Shown here piece by piece: positions 27,583 through 34,922 of a DNA stretch of 37,318 nucleotides. The stretch is from a virus (taxonomy: Duplodnaviria > Heunggongvirae > Uroviricota > Caudoviricetes), in the IMG/VR virus record IMGVR_UViG_3300031853_000004, positions 1 through 37,318 of that record. One strand, given 5' to 3'. The translations under genes were made by a program, and so were the position numbers. The notes under the pieces are model-generated. The model was not told the DNA's origin and ran no database searches. It saw only the letters and a program-made list of their open reading frames with translations. Position 1 is the stretch's first letter. Each line of letters starts with the position of its first letter.

Positions 27583-28218
27583 AAAAGTTTCTTGCGACCT
27601 TCGCCGTACTCTTTTATTGTGTGTTAATTTTCAGTCACGTAGGAGATAAAAGTGAGCCATACGGAGCGACCGCATAACTTTTTACCCCAGTCTAAAGCTA
27701 TAAAATACACAGGTGTATTTTATATTCTCCATTGAAGGATAACTTTATTACCAAATCTACGCCAGGATTGATTACAAACTGGAACTTTCACCCATCATTC
27801 ACAAAATAATATCATATCTTCAAATGATCTTCCGTATGCCATTTTACCGCAGGCTTCGCGTTTTTTCATTCCAGCTTTGGGCTACTTGTACATTGACCTC
27901 GTCTTATTGATATATTACTATATCTTAACTGGAAACTCTCTTATTGGTATTTCCAACGTTCCTGCTTTGGGCACCACCCCGCACAGACGTTTGGATTCAA
28001 ATCCCGCTGGGACGCCTATTATGAGAGCGACGAGACACTACCTTTTAATCGCACAATAATCGAGCGCTACCTACATTTCGTTGAAATCATTTAATTTCTT
28101 CTTACTATTGGATTACTCCAACAATAAAAGCCAACCATCTAAAGTATCCCATAGATTTCGACTTACTGAGTAGATACGCATGACCGCATGATATTGCGAA
28201 TACACATGCTTCAAAAAC
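27583..28218 (-). ncRNA. Large structured ncRNA of about 630 nt, ROOL-like
   Basis: No long minus-strand ORF, higher GC and many hairpins. 5' TTGAAG..CAATATCATGCGGT..GTAAGTCG, central AAGTAGCCCAAAG and 3' GGTCGCTCC..GGCTCA..GAGTACGGCGAAGGT resemble ROOL as I recall it. Size and tRNA-cluster location fit. Needs a covariance-model search. Confidence 0.62.
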
Positions 28219-28250
28219 TTTTTAATATTCTCTTTTCAAAGAATATTTAA

Positions 28251-28329
28251 GATAAGAGAAATACTAAAGAAAGAAAAATCCTACACCGTAACCTATGAAT
28301 TGAAGTATCTTTCTTTCAATCATCTTATC
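28251..28329 (-). ncRNA. Y-RNA-like hairpin RNA 2 (minimal)
   Basis: GATAAGA-TGATTG-AAAGAAAGA-TACTTCA ... TTCTTTCTTT-AGTA-TTTC-TCTTATC. Confidence 0.7.
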
Positions 28330-28362
28330 AAGAATATATTTCTCACCAAATATATTCTTTTT
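28330..28362. terminator. AT-rich hairpin between hairpin RNAs 3 and 2 (terminator or processing site)
   Basis: AAGAATATATT / AATATATTCTT inverted repeat followed by T's on the plus strand. Confidence 0.4.
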
Positions 28363-28369
28363 GTACACA

Positions 28370-28498
28370 TTTAGAAAGGAAATACTAGAAATAGTACAAT
28401 ACGCTTCTGCTCGTGAAGTGAAGGAAGTGAGCTTTAATTTAAATATTTTTTAAATACTTTTATCATTTGAAGTAACTATTTCTCAATCACTTTCTAAA
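28370..28498 (-). ncRNA. Y-RNA-like hairpin RNA 3
   Basis: TTTAGAAAG-TGATTG-AGAAATAGT-TACTTCA ... ACTATTTCT-AGTA-TTTC-CTTTCTAAA; starts just downstream of a consensus promoter. Confidence 0.75.
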
Positions 28499-28502
28499 TA
28501 AT

Positions 28503-28531
28503 ATTATAATATATTATTTTAATTTTGTCAA
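28503..28531 (-). promoter_or_regulatory. Consensus sigma70 promoter driving hairpin RNA 3 and downstream RNAs
   Basis: TTGACA (28526-28531), 17 nt, TATAAT (28503-28508). Confidence 0.85.
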
Positions 28532-28540
28532 GAACTTTTT

Positions 28541-29032
28541 TTACTCATCCTCTAAATTAATTTCAGTACAAAAACAAATTGCATCGTCACCAATGTCAAA
28601 AACATCACGAGCAATATTTTCTGCTAAAGTTGACTCAGCACCATAAAAATCACTTAAATCATCGTTAAAAAATGAAAGGACTTCACGATTAAAAATGACG
28701 TAGTTAACAGGACCATTTTGTGCAGGAGTAACAGTCTCAATTCGGTTCAGAATTGGATTTCCAGCAAAAGCATTGCGGAAAAGTGTAATACGATTAACAA
28801 AATCTTCATTTGCAGGAATTACTGTTACTTTTACAGTGACATTACCAAAAGTCTTTTCTTTAGGAACAATAGCTGCAATTGCATCTGCTTTTACATAATT
28901 ATCTACATAAATCTTAATTTCTTTATCGTCATTTTGATATACAACAGTAACTTCTGGATCTTTTGAAAAAAGAGTATCAATCTTTCTTGCAAAAGTAACC
29001 CAAGGCGTTGATAGACCTAGAATATCTGTCAT
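28541..29032 (-). CDS. Hypothetical protein (likely start MTDILG)
   Basis: Track ORF 28541..29047; AAGGAG RBS; sits among the hairpin RNAs. Confidence 0.75.
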   Translation of the reverse strand: MTDILGLSTPWVTFARKIDTLFSKDPEVTVVYQNDDKEIKIYVDNYVKADAIAAIVPKEKTFGNVTVKVTVIPANEDFVNRITLFRNAFAGNPILNRIETVTPAQNGPVNYVIFNREVLSFFNDDLSDFYGAESTLAENIARDVFDIGDDAICFCTEINLEDE

Positions 29033-29110
29033 ATAAACTCCTTTCATTTCCTTATATTATATAAAAAATAAATATATTAAATTATATTATTTTGCCCTAA
29101 AAATTTTATA

Positions 29111-29217
29111 ATGCGGAAATATTTAAAATAGTTGTTACTGTTAGAATCGAACTAACTTTATTTGATTAAGAGTCAAAGGCTTTCCATAAGCGAAGTAACT
29201 ATTTTACCATCACGCAT
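29111..29217 (-). ncRNA. Y-RNA-like hairpin RNA 4 carrying a tRNA-Lys(CUU)-like cloverleaf
   Basis: ATGCG-TGATGG-TAAAATAGT-TACTTC, D-like GCTT-ATGGA-AAGC, anticodon arm TTTGA-CTCTTAA-TCAAA, T arm GTTAG-TTCGATT-CTAAC, then AGTAACA-ACTATTTTA-AATA-TTTC-CGCAT. Confidence 0.78.
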
Positions 29218-29234
29218 TATTTTCGTTTAATAAT

Positions 29235-29335
29235 GAAAAGGAAACAATAAAGATAGTATATTTTACGAATAGCAGGTTTTGGCGCTATTTTCTTTTAAAA
29301 TAATCCTTGAAATAACTATCTTTCCATCACTTTTC
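29235..29335 (-). ncRNA. Y-RNA-like hairpin RNA 5
   Basis: GAAAAG-TGATGG-AAAGATAGT-TATTTCA ... ACTATCTTT-ATTG-TTTC-CTTTTC. Confidence 0.72.
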
Positions 29336-29380
29336 TCTATATATTTATAAATTTTAAATATTAATTAATAAAAAAATATC

Positions 29381-29503
29381 CTACTTTTTCTCTAACTTTC
29401 TAATTTTTCTATCAATCTTACGAATAACACCACTACCTTCTGTATTCTTACCATTTTGTAGCAATCTATTACGTTTCTCGATTAATACTTCTAAATGTGA
29501 CAT
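29381..29503 (-). CDS. Small basic peptide, 40 aa
   Basis: MSHLEVLIEKRNRLLQNGKNTEGSGVIRKIDRKIRKLEKK; GAGAAAG upstream. Confidence 0.55.
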   Translation of the reverse strand: MSHLEVLIEKRNRLLQNGKNTEGSGVIRKIDRKIRKLEKK

Positions 29504-29518
29504 TAAAATTCTTTCTCT

Positions 29519-30536
29519 AAGAGTTGGTACCGCTTTTTTGGCAAGCGGTCAGCCATTTAAGTTAGAACATTGGAACCACCTTCTTTAATAGAAAACTTTA
29601 AGTTTATCGTATAACTTAAAAGCGCAATGGAACCATCTCCTTTCTCAAGAATAGTTCTAACATAATTAATAAAACGTCCCTAGCAGAGCAAGTTACTAAG
29701 GCTCTGACACCGCATTTTCGGGTATGCGGTGACCATCCGACCTCTTGCGGAGTCACTATGATAGATTAGTTTAAACAGATACGCCACGTGAAGGCTCTAT
29801 CATGTATCCATAACGCAGTAATTTCACCACGCGTAGCTACTATTACCACTCGCACAACTGTTTGTATGCCTACTACCCAGCTGTCCCTTTAATAAAGGTT
29901 AGTGCTAACTAGACTATTTTAACCAATTAAACTACCATGCCAGGCGCGGCACAGGTTGGATTTGAACCAACAGCTTTCCAGTTTATAGTTGATATTTTTA
30001 CCTTTTAAACTATTACTTCGCACAATCGAAGTAAACGGCTTTCGATACCGTATCTCCAACTTTTAATTCCCTTTTGTGGCCTGTGGGATAACAGACTTCG
30101 ACGACCTCTAGACCACGATTTATTTTAAAGTCTGCACGGTATTTGAGGCACTCCGCAGACTACTAATGAAACCGACCTACATCTTAATTTCTATAGCGCG
30201 TAGATACTCCGCGTTCATTCACATCGCTTCCCATCCGCGCATATTGTTTTGTAACGATTCATATTTAATGTCTACATCGTTACAAGCAGACAAAAATTTT
30301 GGCTTTGCAACACTTTTTAGAGGTCCAGCTTCCACTAATTCTATCCTCTAGAGCTTCCGCAAGTGATCAATCTCGCTATTCTGGAACATCCTTTGGCTTT
30401 CACTCTGCCAACCAGATGGGTGTTTGCGCTCTGAAAAGTTTTCGGCCGATTCTTTCCAGTTGCTCTTGCCAATTAAAGCAAAGAGAGATTTTTATCGTCA
30501 GCTATCTAATAAGTAGTAAGGCAATTTTCAACTCTT
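29519..30536 (-). ncRNA. About 1,018-nt end-paired structured ncRNA (GOLLD-like or novel) with embedded tRNA-like parts
   Basis: Starts about 20 nt after a consensus promoter. 5' AAGAGTTG pairs perfectly with 3' CAACTCTT. No credible minus-strand ORF; many hairpins. Confidence 0.55.
29945..30022 (-). pseudogene. Degenerate tRNA-like element inside the 1-kb RNA
   Basis: D-like AGTTTAAAAGGTAAAA and intact T arm GTTGG-TTCAAAT-CCAAC; anticodon and acceptor stems poorly paired. Confidence 0.45.
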
Positions 30537-30557
30537 TTCCCTCTTTTCTTTACTAAT

Positions 30558-30586
30558 ATTATATCATATAATTTTTGGTTTGTCAA
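30558..30586 (-). promoter_or_regulatory. Consensus sigma70 promoter upstream of the 1-kb ncRNA
   Basis: TTGACA (30581-30586), 17 nt, TG-A-TATAAT (30558-30563). Confidence 0.85.
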
Positions 30587-30715
30587 GAAGTTTTTTTGAA
30601 ACTCTAAAATATTTTTTATTAGATTTTAATCACTTCCTTTCTTTTACTTTAATTATATTATACAATATCTTTTTAAGTTTGTCAAGAAAAAATTTTTCTT
30701 GACTTGAAAATTCTT

Positions 30716-30791
30716 TGGAGCGGATGACGGGCAACGATCCCGCAACCTCTGCCTTGGCAAGGCAGCACTCTACCAATTGAACTACATCCGC
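30716..30791 (-). tRNA. tRNA-Gly(GCC)
   Basis: Acceptor GCGGATG/CATCCGC + T + CCA; CTGCC-TTGCCAA-GGCAG; T-loop ATCGTTG. Confidence 0.92.
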
Positions 30792-30794
30792 GTT

Positions 30795-30911
30795 AAAAAA
30801 GAGAGAACAGAATCGAACTGCTCCAGAAGACCAGGCTATAACAGCAACATGTTCTTCTCACTACCAATTGAATTAAATATCAGTGTTATTAATTAATATC
30901 TCTCTCTTTCT
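30795..30911 (-). pseudogene. Distorted tRNA-like sequence
   Basis: D-loop-like TTCAATTGGTAG, T arm GCAG-TTCGATT-CTGT and terminal GAGAGAGA/TCTCTCTT pairing, but no standard anticodon arm. Confidence 0.4.
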
Positions 30912-31014
30912 CTTTATTAATATTATATCATAATTTTTTCTGGTATGCAAGAATTTTTTTCTTTTTACAAAGAAAATTTTTATTAAGTGTTTTACCTTTT
31001 AAACTAACCGCCCG

Positions 31015-31050
31015 CGGAGGACAGTACCGGAGTCGAACCAATATCTCCTA
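31015..31050 (-). other. Isolated tRNA 3'-half-like fragment (T arm plus acceptor strand)
   Basis: ATTGG-TTCGACT-CCGGT-ACTGTCCTCC directly after a promoter, with no D or anticodon arm. Confidence 0.4.
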
Positions 31051-31119
31051 ACCTTTATTAATATTATATCATTAATTTTTATGGAAGTCAAGTATTTTTT
31101 TCCAAGAGAAAAGAAAAAT

Positions 31120-31395
31120 TTAAAGGACTAATTGCGGACCTTCATGTTTTTCATTCTTACTATGTAAATCAATAGCATCGACCGCATAATCATCTAAATT
31201 TTCAATTACTTTAGCAAGTTCTTCTTGTTTTTCTGGAGAAATAGCAAATAAATTATCTGATGTAATTTTTTCTACATCATTCATCCAACTTTCTACGTCA
31301 AAAAATTTTCCCTCATTGTGATCTGCGAAAATTTTATTAAAAATATACTGTTGTTGCGCTCCTGAAAAAATCATTGCTTTTTCTTGATCGGTCAT
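31120..31395 (-). CDS. Hypothetical protein
   Basis: Track ORF; TAATG coupling to the upstream gene. Confidence 0.7.
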   Translation of the reverse strand: MTDQEKAMIFSGAQQQYIFNKIFADHNEGKFFDVESWMNDVEKITSDNLFAISPEKQEELAKVIENLDDYAVDAIDLHSKNEKHEGPQLVL

Positions 31396-31922
31396 TAAAA
31401 TAAAACCTCCGTAAATTCTTTAACAAATTCATCTGATATCTTTTTAACTATTGTTGAAAAATTAGAATCAAAAAGATTTTTTAAAGTATTATAATTATCG
31501 TTTGCCTGTTTAAGATCAATAAATAAATCATCTATCTTCTCTTGGAGGAGTAAATTATCAGACATAGCCTTCTCATATTCTTCTGTTAATAAATCAAAAT
31601 CTTTTATTAATTCTTCGTTTTCATTTTCTAAATCTTCGATATACTCTGACTGGTCATTAATAATATCAATTAATTCTTCTTTTGAACAATCTTCTAAAGA
31701 AGGCTCTTCATAGCACTTTTCTTCATCTTCCATATTGCTAATTAGATTATCTATAGCCTCATCAGGGGTATCTCCCACACCATGATAAATATAAAAATTA
31801 TCACCATCTTCATCATCAATAAGACACGTCGTATGATACTTATCATCTATAGAACTATCTCTTTCTATAATAAAAGTTGTAGTATCATCTAGTTTTGCAG
31901 TCATTCTTTTTTGATTAAACAT
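31395..31922 (-). CDS. Acidic coiled-coil hypothetical protein
   Basis: Heptad-like acidic C-terminal half. Confidence 0.72.
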   Translation of the reverse strand: MFNQKRMTAKLDDTTTFIIERDSSIDDKYHTTCLIDDEDGDNFYIYHGVGDTPDEAIDNLISNMEDEEKCYEEPSLEDCSKEELIDIINDQSEYIEDLENENEELIKDFDLLTEEYEKAMSDNLLLQEKIDDLFIDLKQANDNYNTLKNLFDSNFSTIVKKISDEFVKEFTEVLF

Positions 31923-31923
31923 T

Positions 31924-32718
31924 TTAAATCCTCTCCTTTTTATACTCTATATTTTTACTTTTTAAATCACGAGCAATTTCAACAAACTGCTCACATTTAT
32001 TGCAAGATGATCCGCGCGCACACCGATATCCGCAATTCATTTTTGATTCAATAAAGTTAGGAATTAAACTTTCATTTGGAATATCTATTTCCAAATCTTT
32101 GTATATATATTTTAAATTTTCACGCCATTCTTGTCTTTCAAACCAGATTCTATATAAAGTACCAATCTTCACCCAAGAATTAACATTAAATTCTCCAACG
32201 TCAATATATTTAGATAACTCTTCTATACATTCTGGTATAAAAATTGGGGCTTTTGGATTAATGCCTTTATCAAATCTTTTACTTGGAATCTCATTTAAAA
32301 TTAATCTAGTTTGAACATTATTCTTTTCACATATATTTTTTACATACTCTAAATTATAACACAAATCATCGCATACATAAATATCTGTAGTTCCTAAAAT
32401 TATTTGTTCTTCCAATAGAGAAAGAGAAGAAGGTGCGGAGCTTGCGTTAAAGAAAAACTTTAAGCCTCTTTTTTTCATTTCTTCTACAACTTTATAGGAT
32501 AAATCAATTTTAAAATAAATAAAAGGATTAATGTTGTCTATAGCTTCCATTTGTTGATAATTCATATTATCTGGTTGAATATTAAACCTAATATCTTTAT
32601 ATTTTGAAACAAAATCAAATAACTTATCAAAATTATTGCGAAGTTCATTAAATGTAATGTTATATTCATTACCATATCTATTTTTAACATCCGTTGATCA
32701 AGGAATTGCTACTTTCAT
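31924..32718 (-). CDS. Hypothetical protein, 264 aa, TGA at codon 7, C-terminal Cys cluster
   Basis: Track ORF 31924..32565 extends in frame through TGA (32698-32700) to ATG 32718 with an AAAGGAGG RBS; KMNCGYRC...CNKC. Confidence 0.7.
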
Positions 32719-34570
32719 AATCCCTCCTTTCATTATACCGATAGTAAGAAAGATTGTCTATTTCATTTAAAACATGCATTACTTCTTTGTTTAGCATAAA
32801 TCCATTTTTAGTATTGAGCCAATAAAAATAAGAATTCTTATCTCCGACTGTATTAAAAATTTTAATATTTCTAGTAACTGAAACAAAGTCTCTATACGGA
32901 ACTTTATTTATATTTAAAATATCCGCTTTTATTAAAGCATTTGGTACAGTTTTTATTATATAATGATCGCCGCAAAAGAAACCTTCTTTACTCAATGTAT
33001 GTTTTATATGTTTTTCATTAAACATTTTTCTTATAAAATCTTGTCTTTTTTCATATGAATCAAAAGATTTTGAAGTATTAGAAAGTATTAAATTATGTGA
33101 ATTAGCTAAACAATTATTTATTTTTTCATAACAATCTTCATTCTTTGCAAATATTAAAAAAGATGAATCTATTTTAGATAAAAATTTAGTTCTGCTTATA
33201 ATACGATTTTGCCCCGGAAAGACCAAAGCATCGTCTTTACATTCTTCAGAACATAAATGATATTTATTATCATTACTATAATTAATAACTCCGCAAATTG
33301 GACATTTCCTTCCAAACGAGCAGTCTTCACAAATTTTCTCTGAACCTAAATAAGGCTCTTCATAATCATAGTCATAATCATCTGTTTCAATGCGTTGTCC
33401 GCAACATATACAAGTATTCTTACCGCTCAAATTTATCCTCAAACCTTTTGTTACATTACGACAACACCAATATTTAAAAGATGTATCTTCAATCATGTCA
33501 TTATACATACCATTAGTATAAATTACAATCTTCTTACTCTTGTAATGATAATTTGGGGAACAATAATCTTTTAAAAAAGAATTATTATGAAAATTTTTAA
33601 TATCTTTATATTGTTGATTTTTAAACCTATACGTCCATCCAAACGATTTTTCAACAACCTCCCGCATAAAATCTAAAGCTGCTAAAGAGATTTCTTCTTT
33701 ATAGTATGGATATGACTTACCAGTTAAAATCATTTGTTTGTGACAATAGATCAAACTCCGCCAACTTTTATTTGGCATTATTAGCTTATTATCTTCATCT
33801 AAAGTAATGCTAAAATTTTTCTTAGCTTCAAGATATGCTACTACTGCGACATTGCTATTCATCATTTCAATTGTTCCAGCACTATGACATCCTGGATTGA
33901 TCCATGACATACAAGAAGTCCAATTACATTGATTATCACTCATAGTCATAAAATCAATTGGATTAATGCTTAAAACCAAAGTAGCTTCATTAATATTGTT
34001 AGAATTAGCGGTATTAATATCATTACGCCATTCGTTAAATAATTTAACATTGTCATAACTTAAAGCTTTTATACATTTTTGAATAGTTCTGATAGTCTTA
34101 GCACCTTTTCTAACAGAAAAACTATAATGTTCAAGTTTAAAATTATAGTCAATATATCCATCAATAATATACATTGGATTAAACATATTTAAAATATATA
34201 TTTTTTCTTCATTACTTATATTAGGATAATCAATAATATAAAGGAAAAAATCTTCATAAAAATCTTTTTCCATTTTTTTATTCTTGATAGCTCTTTTGTA
34301 AAAATCTAAGTCATAATCAGTCGTTAAATAATTGTATTCATATATAGATTGAAGTTGTCTAGCTATATATCCGCTATCTTTTTTTAATTTAATTTTCTTT
34401 TTAATTCTTAACTGATTTCCAAAAGCATGATATAATCTACGTTTAGCATAATTCCACTCTCTTAGAACAATATCAAGTGGCCCGCATTTACAATTATTAA
34501 AAAGATAAATATATTTGCGGATATTGTATCTATCTTGCTTTGTAAGACTATCAAGAGGTTGATTTTTCAA
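32684..34570 (-). CDS. Large phage hypothetical protein with zinc-finger-like Cys pairs
   Basis: 628 aa; LSINPIDFMTMS..WTSC motif and three CxxC pairs. Confidence 0.8.
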   Translation of the reverse strand: MKNQPLDSLTKQDRYNIRKYIYLFNNCKCGPLDIVLREWNYAKRRLYHAFGNQLRIKKKIKLKKDSGYIARQLQSIYEYNYLTTDYDLDFYKRAIKNKKMEKDFYEDFFLYIIDYPNISNEEKIYILNMFNPMYIIDGYIDYNFKLEHYSFSVRKGAKTIRTIQKCIKALSYDNVKLFNEWRNDINTANSNNINEATLVLSINPIDFMTMSDNQCNWTSCMSWINPGCHSAGTIEMMNSNVAVVAYLEAKKNFSITLDEDNKLIMPNKSWRSLIYCHKQMILTGKSYPYYKEEISLAALDFMREVVEKSFGWTYRFKNQQYKDIKNFHNNSFLKDYCSPNYHYKSKKIVIYTNGMYNDMIEDTSFKYWCCRNVTKGLRINLSGKNTCICCGQRIETDDYDYDYEEPYLGSEKICEDCSFGRKCPICGVINYSNDNKYHLCSEECKDDALVFPGQNRIISRTKFLSKIDSSFLIFAKNEDCYEKINNCLANSHNLILSNTSKSFDSYEKRQDFIRKMFNEKHIKHTLSKEGFFCGDHYIIKTVPNALIKADILNINKVPYRDFVSVTRNIKIFNTVGDKNSYFYWLNTKNGFMLNKEVMHVLNEIDNLSYYRYNERRDYESSNSLINGC

Positions 34571-34580
34571 AATTAAACTC

Positions 34581-34799
34581 CTAATCTAGTATAGTATCTA
34601 GTACAGTATCAATCCAATTTTTCGCTTCATCATCAAGCAAATCATAAATAATATATCCATTACTTAAATAAATATCAAGTCTAACCGCAATCTCTTCTAT
34701 TGGATCACCACTTAATAGTGTATATTCAAACCTTTGTTGGCTATCGTTTTTTACAAAATCTTGAAACATTAGAGAATCTTCAATATTCATTCCAAACAT
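34581..34799 (-). CDS. Hypothetical protein
   Basis: Track ORF; AAAGGA RBS; promoter upstream. Confidence 0.65.
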   Translation of the reverse strand: MFGMNIEDSLMFQDFVKNDSQQRFEYTLLSGDPIEEIAVRLDIYLSNGYIIYDLLDDEAKNWIDTVLDTILD

Positions 34800-34860
34800 T
34801 TTTTTTCCTTTCTCTTTTACTTTAATAATTATAACATATTTTTAGTAAGCTGTCAAGAAT

Positions 34861-34896
34861 AAAAAAAATAGCCCTAAAGAAAAAATCTTTAGGGCT
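34861..34896 (-). terminator. Rho-independent terminator after the Ro60 gene
   Basis: AGCCCTAAAGA / TCTTTAGGGCT 11-bp stem followed by a T tract on the minus strand. Confidence 0.8.
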
Positions 34897-34922
34897 TCAC
34901 CAAGAAGAAAGGGGAAACAACA

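Noticed and set aside
29519-30536. tmRNA or RNase P RNA identity for the 1-kb RNA
   Set aside because: I found no GGGG..TTCGA/CTCCACCA tmRNA ends or tag ORF and no GAGGAAAGTCC P4 motif. The length is also too great.
27877-30556. Plus-strand ORFs 27877..28059, 30166..30351 and 30299..30556
   Set aside because: They are antisense to promoter-driven structured RNA regions, lack RBS, and give no protein-like signal.
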